A stretch of DNA of 63,718 nt, filler included, from Octopus bimaculoides (lineage: Eukaryota): NCBI RefSeq assembly GCF_001194135.2. It is 6 parts of 6 records of this genome, joined end to end, with 100 filler letters (N's around TTAATTAATTAA, not from the genome) between each part and the next. Parts side by side here need not be neighbours in the genome. Positions count along the whole stretch, not along the records: positions 30,495 to 58,658 come from NC_069001.1; positions 58,759 to 62,581 come from NC_068990.1; positions 62,682 to 63,718 come from NW_026300373.1; 3 more parts are not named here. One strand, given 5' to 3'. This document shows, piece by piece, positions 52,373-63,718 of this stretch. The notes beneath the pieces are model-generated. The model did not search any database. It was not told the origin of the DNA and worked only from the letters and a program-made list of their open reading frames with translations. Each line of letters starts with the position of its first letter. The first letter of the stretch is position 1. A program made the translations under genes and the position numbers.

Positions 52373-53966
52373 ACACAGACACATAAACATNNNNNNNNNN
52401 NNNNNNNNNNNNNNNNNNNNNNNNNNNNNNNNNNNNNNNNNNNNNNNNNNNNNNNNNNNNNNNNNNNNNNNNNNNNNNNNNNNNNNNNNNNNNNNNNNNN
52501 NNNNNNNNNNNNNNNNNNNNNNNNNNNNNNNNNNNNNNNNNNNNNNNNNNNNNNNNNNNNNNNNNNNNNNNNNNNNNNNNNNNNNNNNNNNNNNNNNNNN
52601 NNNNNNNNNNNNNNNNNNNNNNNNNNNNNNNNNNNNNNNNNNNNNNNNNNNNNNNNNNNNNNNNNNNNNNNNNNNNNNNNNNNNNNNNNNNNNNNNNNNN
52701 NNNNNNNNNNNNNNNNNNNNNNNNNNNNNNNNNNNNNNNNNNNNNNNNNNNNNNNNNNNNNNNNNNNNNNNNNNNNNNNNNNNNNNNNNNNNNNNNNNNN
52801 NNNNNNNNNNNNNNNNNNNNNNNNNNNNNNNNNNNNNNNNNNNNNNNNNNNNNNNNNNNNNNNNNNNNNNNNNNNNNNNNNNNNNNNNNNNNNNNNNNNN
52901 NNNNNNNNNNNNNNNNNNNNNNNNNNNNNNNNNNNNNNNNNNNNNNNNNNNNNNNNNNNNNNNNNNNNNNNNNNNNNNNNNNNNNNNNNNNNNNNNNNNN
53001 NNNNNNNNNNNNNNNNNNNNNNNNNNNNNNNNNNNNNNNNNNNNNNNNNNNNNNNNNNNNNNNNNNNNNNNNNNNNNNNNNNNNNNNNNNNNNNNNNNNN
53101 NNNNNNNNNNNNNNNNNNNNNNNNNNNNNNNNNNNNNNNNNNNNNNNNNNNNNNNNNNNNNNNNNNNNNNNNNNNNNNNNNNNNNNNNNNNNNNNNNNNN
53201 NNNNNNNNNNNNNNNNNNNNNNNNNNNNNNNNNNNNNNNNNNNNNNNNNNNNNNNNNNNNNNNNNNNNNACGTAAATAAGAAATTATCATCTGTGAGACT
53301 ATATAGTACATACATGCTATAAATATTCGCAGTAAAATACTGGGCGGACAAACAATTTTGGACACGAGGAGTCAGAGGGCGAAGTTTCAAATGGAGAGCA
53401 CAAGTCCATTACATCGGCCCCACATCTTTATTCATACTTATTTTATCGGCCATGAACGTTTGGAAGTTAAAACTCTCCTCTGCAGGAGTTTAACAAAAAA
53501 ACGGATAAGCATTTTTTTTCAGCCGCTTCAACAACTCTGCAAATATATTTTGTAAATAATATGGTGGGTGACTTTGTTTGGTTTCGATGTTTCGGGTGGA
53601 TTCACATTTATTAATGCTTGCGTATAACATATTTTATGACTGACCCTAAACTTTGAGTATCAATTTCCATCATTTTCTGAAAGTGTATTTGTCGTTCTAT
53701 TTTAGTTCATGACCACCAATTCATGAACAAAGCTCTCTTGTAAAATCTCCCACGATAAAATTGAACACTAGTCTGTAACTGCACGAATGCCTGCATGAGT
53801 AATCCGTGCGAATAGATAAAATTTACTGGAAATTCATGAAAGTTATATTTCAATCATGTTGTGTTTAGCGCACTGCTGTATCGTCAGAGATATGTACCGA
53901 GATAAAATTAAATATATGCAACTTGTCTGTTTCAAAGTCAACAAAAGTATATATTCATGTACTTAC

Positions 53967-53999
53967 TATGACGACAGCGGTTCTCCACACAGTCGCCAT
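53967..53999 (-). CDS. Candidate first coding exon (MATVWRTAVVI) of an unidentified host gene
   Basis: AAAT-ATG-GCG start context, 11 open codons, ATA|gtaagt phase-0 donor; CGGAAA immediately upstream. Confidence 0.35.
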
Positions 54000-55081
54000 A
54001 TTTCCGTTTTAACAGTGTCTTCATTGAACAGCATTTACTAGACTAAACAATAGAAAAGTTCTACAACGCAACAAATATGCCTAATACTTCGTGTATTTCT
54101 TATATACAAACAACTGTATTCTATTGATCAAATGTTCACTAACTACACAAAAGTTGAACGTATTATCACAAAAAAACTTATAAAGCAGAACAGAAAATGC
54201 ATTATCCGAATCATCACCTATCATTAATAATATATTACAAAACACAAAATTTATAAAGTTTCTTGTAATTCAGATATTACAAGTCTGTAAATGCACGAAT
54301 GTTAACAATTTACTATCAACCGATATGATATACAAATCGTACACCAAATGGTTAAATTATACACTTCACGTTCACAATTGATATATTCTCTGTATAAGAA
54401 TGAAGCTTTTCACACAGAACATAGTGCGATTATTGCAAGTCAGCCATGGAGATAGCATCTAGTTAAGATAAAATGTGGTACCGACCTTTCAGCAAATGAT
54501 AGGCTTTAGAAGGAAAGCTCCCGACTAGAATGCCTATGAGTATAGGTCTGCTTGAGCATAATAGTTCAAGGTCACCAGCTACAAACAGTCGGAACAGAAT
54601 ACGTCATATTCTATCATGTATCAATTAAAAAACCGGACGTGGATGAAAGATGTGTATTCTGTAAAACTGCCCACAAATGCGTATGTATATATATATGCGT
54701 ATATATATGAACATTATACATACAAATGTACGCATGCATGCATGTATGTATGTATGTATTATGTATGTATAGAATGAAGAGGTTAACTTCAAAACCAGAT
54801 GTATGCACCGGAATGATGTTAAGTACTTGTTTGAAACAGCAATATGAATATATGATTCCTTATTGGAAGACTACAATTCGCCTACTGTCTATATGGCATC
54901 GATCCCAGGTTGACTGAAAAAAATTGCAAGCGCGTGAAGCCAGCAGCTGGCAAATTGTGTTTTAATGGTTATCATGAAATCGACCAATAATGCACTAAGG
55001 CCGATTTTCAAAGTAAGCTTCTCACATGTATATATATATGTGTGTGTGTGTGTGTTGCTCATGTGTGTGTGTTTGTGCATA

Positions 55082-55530
55082 CAGAGTATGTTGAATAAAC
55101 TCGTTTAAATTAAGTAAAAATGAAAAGAAGACTAACATCTCATTTTAACAAAATATCTTGAAATGCTGAAAAGTAAAATCAGTATTGGTTACAACCATGA
55201 CCTCCAGACGACTTCAGAATCTAATGTTACTCTTCTGGGCGGTCTCCTTGTATACGTTGATGCATGCTTTCATAGTTCTTACCTTCAGTTGGCCTTTGAT
55301 GTTACAATGAATTTTGTTGGTCTCTCGCTTAACTGCGCTCCGCACATAATAAAGAGGGTGCTGCAGTCTGGGGAGTTAGGTGGTCAGATGCTAGGGGTGA
55401 TATGGTCGCAGAAATTCTCTGACAGCCATGATTGTTTCTCCTTCTTTCGTCGCATGGTGTTGAGTCTCCATGTGGGAAAATATCTGGAGATATAAAGCGG
55501 TCATCACTAGTGATCACTCCAAATACCATT
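55082..55530 (-). mobile_element. Tc1/mariner 3' half (same family as 45-888)
   Basis: TA|CAGAG start; CTCCAGACGACTTCAGAATC and AGTTAGGTGGTCAGATGCTAGGGGTGATATGGTCGCAGAAATTC match 176-192 and 348-390; MVFGVITSD. Confidence 0.85.
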
Positions 55531-55862
55531 CTTCGTACTTGTCAGATTACACTGTACTCAGTTTGGAACCCACACACGGCCAAATGTTCGTATTCGAGAT
55601 TCCGGCCCGAATACCAAGGAGTACAGTATGTTGCTTCGAAATCTCTGGAAACAACGTTTTGTTTTCCTCACAGACGGTTCCAACTACCGCTGCTATACTG
55701 TGTAGCCCACAAAATCATATATATATATATATATATATANNNNNNNNNNNNNNNNNNNNNNNNNNNNNNNNNNNNNNNNNNNNNNNNNNNNNNNNNNNNN
55801 NNNNNNNNNNNNNNNNNNNNNNNNNNNNNNNNNNNNNNNNNNNNNNNNNNNNNNNATATATA

Positions 55863-56100
55863 TAGGGTTGGCCAAAATTCACCTGACAGTAAATCAAAAT
55901 TCCATAAATATTTAATATTCAATTTTATTTTTTCATTCCAATTATGAATGCTTAATAATTGAATGCTCTGAGTTAAAATGACCCTTTTTGTTTCAGCATT
56001 TGTCTATTTATTAGCGAAGTCTCATGCAAAATAATTTTTTGTTTTAATTTTGGAATTGAATGGTTTTGGTTTACTGTCAGGTGACTTTCGGCCAACCCCG
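55863..56100. mobile_element. Tc1/mariner MITE (238 bp)
   Basis: TIRs TAGGGTTGGCCAAAATTCACCTGACAGTAAATCAAAA and (reverse complement) CGGGGTTGGCCGAAAGTCACCTGACAGTAAACCAAAA, flanked by TA on both sides. Confidence 0.9.
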
Positions 56101-56616
56101 TATATAAAATGTGAGAGACGGAATAGGGAAGATACGAGAATCTTTAATCGTAAACGTTTCGACTCCTCAATCACTGTAATCGTTTCGACTCCTCAAACAT
56201 CGAGCCCTCACGTGTGTGATACTACAGAACTGGTTTGGGTGTATCCCTCGGTGTAGATATATCACCTCAGGTGATTTCAAGAGGTATCTCGCTAAAATAA
56301 ACGATGTTCCACGCAAAGTTTTACAACATGTTTTCTTGTTGGTCGTCACATAGTAATTGATACTGCTTCAATCTTATAGAAGTTAAATTAAAAAGATCAG
56401 ATACAAATAAATACCAATACACAGTACAGCGAAAAAAATTATTACATATAATAGTTAATGGTTATTAATACTGGAAGGGTTGAAACGATTTTAATGATCA
56501 ATAAATATTATCGTATCTTCCATCTTCTGTTTTATCAATTACATACAATTACTCAAATCCAGCGAACGTGGTTAACTGGCAAGTTACCAGCTGTATTCGT
56601 AAGATTTATTAACTAA

Positions 56617-56657
<41 letters not shown>

Positions 56658-56947
56658 AAGATCAGGGATTCAAAGGATCACACAGAGCCAGCTGTAAGCT
56701 CACTGCCCTGTGCGTTGTTATTACCAAAAAAATGTTATTATATATCAATTGTAACCACGATATCCCTTCTAAAACCAAGGAATAACAATGGGAGATAGTA
56801 TATATAAAACTTGGCCAGATAAGATAAATAAATTGAGAGAATAAATGTTTATTTCGTAAGCTGACAGCTGCTTTGTAATCAGTGTTATTTACATGACAGG
56901 TGCTACACCGTCCTTCACTTTTTATGCATATATAAGTCAAAATACAC

Positions 56948-56999
<52 letters not shown>

Positions 57000-57769
57000 T
57001 ACTTTTCTGTGATTTAAGATCGACAAAAAAATGTATTCTGTCTGGTGTGAGATAAATATTTGATAAACACAATATATGTTAATGTGCAACTATAAGCTTC
57101 ATGTACTGATTGTATGAGCGACCGTATATTTATACATATAAGGTGTGTCTAATGATTGTGCTAGGACACTACACATGTTAGAAAATATACTCTGGCATGC
57201 TTTCAGTACATGAAAATTATAGTAGCACATAAACACATCTTGTATTTATTAAATAATATATATACATATATAGTTTGCCAGTAAATCACATTCACTGGCT
57301 TAGTGTTCAAAGGTATGTAATTAATGAGACGGAAGTTTGAAGATACGAGAGTCATTATGGATGACTACAATCGTTTTGACACTGCCAGCATCCATAACCA
57401 CTTGAGCTTATATGAAAAAACTTTTTTCGCTGTACTGTGTATTTACATCTCTTTGTATCTGATATACAACTGTGCACTATCATGACAAATCAACCACACC
57501 ACAGAAACTTTCATGCCAGATTAAAACACTATGAATCCATACAGACAGCCCAGCGGTAATTAGCATCGCTTGTAACAATATGATTTCAGTTTCGGATGAC
57601 CTGTACAGTGATAACATATTCATGTAATACAAGGCTATTATTGTCAAGGCATGAGCATTTTTATGGACGCAAACTTGTATTTGTAAGTTTGCAGGGTTCC
57701 GTTAATTCAATCTTCTACCAGATAACCTGAGATATGTAATCGTTATTTTTGTGTCGGTCTTTTTTCAAT

Positions 57770-57895
57770 TTCCGTCTACCAAATCCACTTACAAGGTTTT
57801 GGTCGCTCTGAGATTATAGTAGAAGACACTCGGTGAAGGTGCAACGTAGTGGGACTGAACCCAGAACCGTATGGTTGGGAAGCAAGTTTCACAGC
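57770..57895 (-). mobile_element. tRNA-derived SINE (Octopus-type)
   Basis: Reverse complement: GCTTCCCAACCATACGGTTCTGGGTTCAGTCCCACTACG (B-box region)...GTGTCTTCTACTATAATC...GTGGATTTGGTAGACGGAAA. Confidence 0.75.
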
Positions 57896-58582
57896 TCACC
57901 AATATTCCCTAAGCCAACACGCGAGCTAGGGAGATGTACGACTGATGAAATTACCATGCAGAATGTCCAATAACGTACATTCATACTATGGATGCAAGTA
58001 TGTCGTTTAATTTCACATTCTGCCGCAAGCGTAGATATCGGGAATGATTATTTGGAAATTGGCCAGTAGTAGGAGAAAGTTGTATGATTGTTGGTTTTTA
58101 CTAAATTACAACTGATTAATTGAGAATGAAGAGTATCAGAATATAATGCAGTTTGCATTGTAGGCCCTGCGAATATTATTTTCTATTTCCTAAAAATAAT
58201 GGTGCGTACAGTAATATCTACATGTGTTTCTTTTGTTACTTCAAAATTCAGAATTTGGTTACGCTTAAAACTTAATTTGTAAAATAATATTTTCTACATT
58301 TGAAAATATATCTTTTGAAAACAGATTAGACTCGCTTGAATTGTATATACAATTTAATAAAAATAAATTATGCATTATAAACATTATATTGCTTTTTGAA
58401 ACTCTTTCATTTTAACAAATAATGAAAATCTGTTCCTTAGCACTTTTGTTACAATTTTTCTACAGAGTGAAAACGCTTAACATCATTATTTACGGTTGAA
58501 TAATTTCGAATAGAATGAATTCAACATCAAAGTGGTCTTGTAATATTAATTATCTAATTGGCTGTATAGATATGCATGCATG

Positions 58583-58621
<39 letters not shown>

Positions 58622-58658
58622 ATAGATAGATATGGATAGATAGATATATATATATATA

Positions 58659-58758
58659 NNNNNNNNNNNNNNNNNNNNNNNNNNNNNNNNNNNNNNNNNN
58701 NNTTAATTAATTAANNNNNNNNNNNNNNNNNNNNNNNNNNNNNNNNNNNNNNNNNNNN
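58659..58758. other. Artificial scaffold spacer (44N-TTAATTAATTAA-44N)
   Basis: Linker at 58703-58714; 100 bp total. Confidence 0.95.
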
Positions 58759-59267
58759 GTGGTGGTGGTGTTGGTGATAGTAGCAGTAGTGGTGGTGGTG
58801 GTGGTAGTAGTGGTGATGGTGGTAGTTGTGGTGGTGGTGTTAGTAGTGGTGATGGTAGTGGTAGTGTTGTTGGTAGTAGTAGTTGTTGTGGTAGAATTAG
58901 TGGTGGTAGTAATAGTGGTGGTGGTGGTGGTAGTGCTAGTAACAGTATTAGTAACATTGGCGGTAGTAGTAGTGGAGATGGTTGTAGTGGTAGCCGAAGT
59001 ATAAATGGTGGTAGCAGTTGTTGTGTTGGTAATAGTAGTATTAGGGATAACAACAGTATTGGTAGTAGTATCGGCAGTGGCGGTGGTAGAAATAGCAGAA
59101 GTGGTATAAGTAGTGACAGTGGTAGCAGTAATTCTGGTTGAGGCAGAAGTGGTAGTTGTGGTTGTGGTTAACGTAATAGTAGTAGTAATTTTAGTGGAAA
59201 TGCTAGCCATAATGGTATAGTTGTACTAACAGCAGTGGTAGTCCTTGCAGTGTTAGAAATAGTCGTG

Positions 59268-59314
<47 letters not shown>
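58759..59314. repeat. Degenerate (GTR/GTN)n trinucleotide repeat
   Basis: GTG/GTA/GTT mosaic ending in pure (GTA)n. Confidence 0.9.
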
Positions 59315-59315
<1 letters not shown>

Positions 59316-59485
59316 TTTGTTATAGTAAATGTTGTAGAGATATTTGTAATTGGAGTCGAACAGAAATTCTGTTCGACACGCTAACGATTCTGGTAGTTAC
59401 AGATAATGATATTTATATACAGGTGAAATATTTTATTTACATTATTTACATTTGTCGGATATTTGTCCTCATCTTGTTTGTTGTT

Positions 59486-59531
59486 AACACAACGTTTCGG
59501 CTGATATAACCTCCAGCCTTCATCAGGTGTC
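59486..59531 (-). ncRNA. Minimal type I hammerhead ribozyme motif, intact
   Basis: GACAC-CTGATGA-A-GGCTG-GAGGTTATAT-CAGCC-GAAAC-GTT-GTGTT: full conserved core, perfect 5-bp stem II, stem I with a terminal G-U, palindromic AACGTT stem III. Confidence 0.75.
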
Positions 59532-59584
59532 TTGGCCAAATTTCGAACCTGGGTTCTCATTCCTAAGGTATTTTTCGATGCTGC

Positions 59585-59621
<37 letters not shown>

Positions 59622-59788
59622 CATTATTCAGGTCACTGCCTGGAATCGAACTCGGAATCTTGGGCGTAGTGTTTAAGAGCATGGGCTACTAACCCCAAGA
59701 TTCCGAGTTCGATTCCTGGCAGTGACCTGAATAATAATAACATCGAAAATACCTTAGGAATGAGAATCCAGGTTCGAAATTTCCCCAA

Positions 59789-59834
59789 AACACCTGATGA
59801 AGGCTGGAGGGTATATCAGCCGAAACATTGTGTT
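59789..59834 (+). ncRNA. Hammerhead motif with stem III substitution (probably inactive)
   Basis: AACAC-CTGATGA-A-GGCTG-loop-CAGCC-GAAAC-ATT-GTGTT; G16.2 to A change. Confidence 0.55.
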
Positions 59835-60094
59835 AAACAACAAACAAGATGAGGACAAATATCCGTCAAATGTAAATAATGTAAATAATGTCCTCATCTC
59901 TTAAATATAGAAGATGAAATATTTATATACATGTATATGTATATGAATACACATATATGTGTAAGTACATGCATTCATGCATACACACACACGCACACAC
60001 ATACGCACATGCATATATTCATATGTTTATACATACATATGCATAAATACATACATGCAGGAATAGTAGGCGAAGACGATGGATAGATAATGTT

Positions 60095-60540
60095 TGTACA
60101 GATAATATTTATACAGATAATATCTATACAGATAATATTTATACAAATAATATTTATAAAGAAAATAATATTTACACAGATAATAATAATTACACAGATG
60201 ATAATAGTTAGACAGATAATTCATTTTAATTTTGGTTCATGACAAGCAAGTTTGAAGGGGAGGGCATGCAGATTATATCGATCTCAATATTTGACTGGTA
60301 CTTTATGTCATCGATCTCGAATGGGTGAACGGTAAAATCGACTTCAACAAGATTTGAACTCAAAATGTAAAGAACCAAAAGAAATGTCGTTAAGCATTTT
60401 GTTCGACACGCTAACGATAGTTACAGATAATGATATTTATATACAGTTGAAATATTTTTTGCAGATAATAATATTTATATGGATGGTTATAATATTTACA
60501 CACATAATAATATTTATACGGATAATGATGTTTATACAGA
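60095..60540. repeat. ~18-21-bp ACAGATAATAATATTTAT minisatellite blocks flanking a SINE
   Basis: Units at ~60095-60215 and ~60420-60540. Confidence 0.8.
60232..60418 (-). mobile_element. Degenerate cephalopod-type SINE
   Basis: GATTATATCGATCTC..GACTGGTACTT..AAAATCGACTTC..ATTTGAACTCAAAATGTAAAG..AAGCATTTTGTTCGACACGCTAACGAT aligns with 3700-3845. Confidence 0.75.
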
Positions 60541-60779
60541 AATGATTTCCTATATTAATGCATATTTGTTGTTTGGGGCGGAAACTTCACTGAGGAGGTC
60601 TAATTAGACTAAAACGTATACTAAGTTGTCTCCCAAACTCACCCACCACCGAATGCATCTATTCAATTTTTAAGGTTTCTATCTTAAAGTTATTTCCCTT
60701 GCATATATTTACAAGAATTACCATTAACAATAGTGTTTTCTATTTTCACAGTTTTCCCAATGCCCTCTGCGTGTTAGTG

Positions 60780-61436
60780 AAACATCATTGAGACAAACGG
60801 GGGAGTTTAAGCACCTCAGGATTATATTCACGGGTGATGGGGAGCAGGAATTTGAATTGGATGCTAGAAAGGCAAAACATGGAACAGTAATTCTCCAGCA
60901 CCAACATTCGATCCTCTGAAGAGGAAAGGTTTAAAAATGTCAGGCTCGCTCTCTTCAATTCGGTTTTCGTGTCTCTCCTCATCTATGGCCATAATAGAAT
61001 GTTGGGTAAAGAACGCAAGAGTACGTTCGCGAATACAAGCGACCGAAATGAGGTTCATCCGGAGGGTCTCTGGGGTAACGTTAATTGACAAGTTGCATAA
61101 CTCGGAGATCGGGGAGTCTATCCAGATCAAGCCGCTATTTCTCCACATTGAGAGGTAATATGGACATGTGATTAGAATGACGCAGGAAAGAATCGCATGG
61201 AAAGAATCGCAGGAAAGAATCGCATTTTTGAAGCTGAGCAAACCGGCAGGAGACCTAGGAGTAGATTAAGAACGAGATGACCGCATAATATCCATTGTAT
61301 CTGTTGATCATGTCTGGCAATCCAGTCGGAAAGTCTAATGACAGTTACTTCTGACAGGTATGTATGGAGGAAGTGAATGACGACTCTGCTCACTCGATCC
61401 TCACAAGAATAGTGTGCAGAAAAGATGGATGGATGG
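60780..61436 (+). mobile_element. RTE-clade LINE 3' fragment with (GATG)n tail
   Basis: RVRSRIQATEMRFIRRVSGVTLIDKLHNSEIGESIQIKPLFLHIER then GHVIRM; ends GATGGATGGATGG. Confidence 0.88.
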
Positions 61437-62538
61437 CTGACTGAAGTATTTATTGATTACAAAATTTTTTGTCGAGGGCGTTCACTACATTTAATATCCT
61501 CCACTTTACTATATGTTCTTCATGCAAACGGTAACCCTGAAAAAATTTCTTACGTCATTAAACATACTTGATACAGTCAAGGACATTTTAAAGTTTGGAT
61601 GTTTCATACATATCTTGTAAAGAAGTCCTTCATTAAAGGAAGTGAAGGATCTACTTGCCTGTGACCAGAGGCTAATTCAATGAACTCAGAGTCTTTTGTT
61701 CTGCTGAGCATAGCAGTTTTCCTTGGGAACATTGATACTTCTTTCTTCATTTTGAAGGACTTTTCTGAATATTATAGGTTAATGGAATGTCTATATTGTT
61801 TTCTTTCCTTCAGTTTCTTTTTGATAACCTAAAATTTATGAATTCCATCGAGAAAAAAAAAATTTCTTCCTCTCCTATGAAAGATGATAAATGCATACTC
61901 CCTTTGGTAAGAACCATCAATCTTTAGATAGATAAAGATCATGAAATATCTAATAACACAAAATTATTTTTAAAAAAACCTGCCAAGAAACAAAATTAAC
62001 AGAAGAAAGAAGAAATTTTACAATTTTCCGCACAAAAACTGAAGTGAAGAAACAAAATTGAAATGAAAATATAAATACCAAAAATGCAAAGATAAGATCA
62101 CGTGAGCATGGAATTTAATTTATATATATATATATATAAAGCACCCCTGATATTTTGTATTATTTGAAAGAGAGAGAGAAAGAGAGAGAATAAAGAGGGA
62201 GAGATAGAGAGAGGAATGAGACAAGGAGAGAGAAGAGGAGAGAGAAAGAAGGCAAGAAAGAAAGGGGAAGAAGTAGTAGAAGTAAAAAACAAAAAAATAA
62301 TGGAAATTTGCAGGTGATCCATTATCTTGATCAGGGTTGTACACAGAAGCACTTTACACACGCACACACACACATGTGCGCACACGAACACATACACACA
62401 CATGCACACACACACACGTACACAGGGACATATACACGCGAGTGTGCACACATGCGTTTATACATACATATGTACACATATGTGTCTGCGTGGGCGCGTG
62501 TGTATGCATATATATGTATGTATATCTATATATATATT

Positions 62539-62581
<43 letters not shown>

Positions 62582-62681
62582 NNNNNNNNNNNNNNNNNNN
62601 NNNNNNNNNNNNNNNNNNNNNNNNNTTAATTAATTAANNNNNNNNNNNNNNNNNNNNNNNNNNNNNNNNNNNNNNNNNNNN
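62582..62681. other. Artificial scaffold spacer (44N-TTAATTAATTAA-44N)
   Basis: Linker at 62626-62637; 100 bp total. Confidence 0.95.
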
Positions 62682-63718
62682 AACGTGACACAGACAGACT
62701 GTATGTACCAAGAAAAAGAGGGGAAAGTGGAGTGATTGGATGCGAACACAGCCTTAGAATAGAAGAAAATAACATAGAATGGTCTGTAAAAATGCCTCAG
62801 AACCGCTATTGTTAGAAGTAAGAAGGTCAGGCTTATGTAGGATGAAAGATTGCAAAGATAAAGCACTGTACAAGAAATTGAAAACGAATGAAACTGAAAA
62901 TAGGTGGGTAAAGAAAAGAATGCATGGACAATTTTATAGGGATGTTGAAGATAAGAGAAACAGAGAAAAAAGATGGCTGTGGATGACTAAAATTGATTTA
63001 AAACTGGAAACGGAGGCTCTAATCTGTGCCGCCCAAGAGCAGGCACTAAGAACAAACTACATAAAACACAAAATAGACAACACATCAGAAATTGATAAGT
63101 GCAGAATCTGTTGACAAAACGGTGAAACCGTATGGCATATTACCAGCCAATGTACGCCTCTAGCCCAGAAAGAATATAAGAGACGTCACGACCATATAGC
63201 CAGGCTTGTCCTTTGGACACTTTGCAACAGGTATGAACTTGACAGAGCAAAAACTTAGTACGACCACAAACCTGAAGGCATTGTCGAAAATAGAAATGCA
63301 AAGATCCTATGGGATTTTATGATTCAGTGCGTCCAGGAGATAGAGAATAGGAAGCCAGACATAGTCTTAATTGAGAAAGAAAGACTATGCTGGATCGTAG
63401 ATATAGCATGCCCAGCTGACAGCAAGGTGTGCGATAAGGAAGAAAGAAAAGTTGAGAGATATGACAGGTAAGCTTGAGAAGATAAGCAGTTGTGGTCCAT
63501 GAAAATGGTAGCAGTAGTACCAATAATTGTCGGAGCCCTAGGAACAGAGAGCAAAAATCTTGAGAAGTACGTGGGACAAATAGGGGCTGCAATAAGGGTA
63601 GAGCACTTGCAGAAAACAGCACTGCTTGGAACTGCTCAAATACTCGGGAAGGTGCTCGGAAAATAAGAGGTGTTACCTTAGTTGACTGGTAGTGAACAGC
63701 TGACACCGTAGTACATCT
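62682..63718 (+). mobile_element. R4/Dong-like LINE 3' portion (zinc knuckle + restriction-like endonuclease), with in-frame stops
   Basis: DRLYVPR, MHGQFYR, ETEALICAAQEQALRTN, CRIC*..ETVWHITSQC, RRHDHIAR, NRKPDIVLI..IVDIACPAD, VPIIVGALG, LQKTALLGTAQILGKVL; stop at 63664-63666. Confidence 0.93.

Larger units (their letters stand above)
59434..59914. mobile_element. Fold-back SINE: tRNA-like head + Penelope-derived tail, 10-bp flanking duplication
   Basis: Arms 59434-59664 and 59694-59888 are inverted copies. Head GGGCGTAGTGTTTAAGAGC...GAGTTCGATTCC at 59662-59716. The tail matches 29984-30222. TGAAATATTT lies at 59424-59433 and 59915-59924. Confidence 0.85.

Noticed and set aside
58707-59210. 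Mucin-like poly-Thr ORF (and antisense poly-Val/Pro-Leu ORFs)
   Set aside because: Degenerate trinucleotide repeat open in several frames on both strands and ending at an artificial spacer; no splice or signal evidence.
59662-59720. Possible tRNA gene
   Set aside because: No closing acceptor stem, imperfect T stem, and it runs directly into Penelope-derived sequence; treated as a SINE head.

Overview
AT-rich eukaryotic DNA (inferred cephalopod, Octopus-like, from its SINE families and microsatellite load). It is dense in simple repeats, N gaps and decayed transposable elements. Five identical 100-bp artificial spacers (44 N + TTAATTAATTAA + 44 N) split it into six separately assembled pieces, so adjacency across them is unproven. 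No intact protein-coding gene, rRNA, true tRNA or CRISPR array is supported; only weak splice-bounded exon candidates were seen. Recognisable TE relics: RTE LINEs (3), L1/Tx1-like LINEs (2), R4/Dong-like LINEs (3 pieces), Penelope-like elements (3 clear, 1 doubtful), Tc1/mariner fragments and MITEs, and several tRNA-derived SINEs. The most notable observation is a ~480-bp fold-back element (59434-59914). It has a tRNA-like Pol III head fused at a GATTCC microhomology to the last codons and 3' tail of a Penelope-like element also present at 29029-30227. The shared tail carries a minimal hammerhead-ribozyme motif. Both insertions have inverted arms with the same breakpoint, the same one-sided tail and 10-11-bp flanking duplications. 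This suggests a SINE mobilised by Penelope machinery (inference; no database search was possible).
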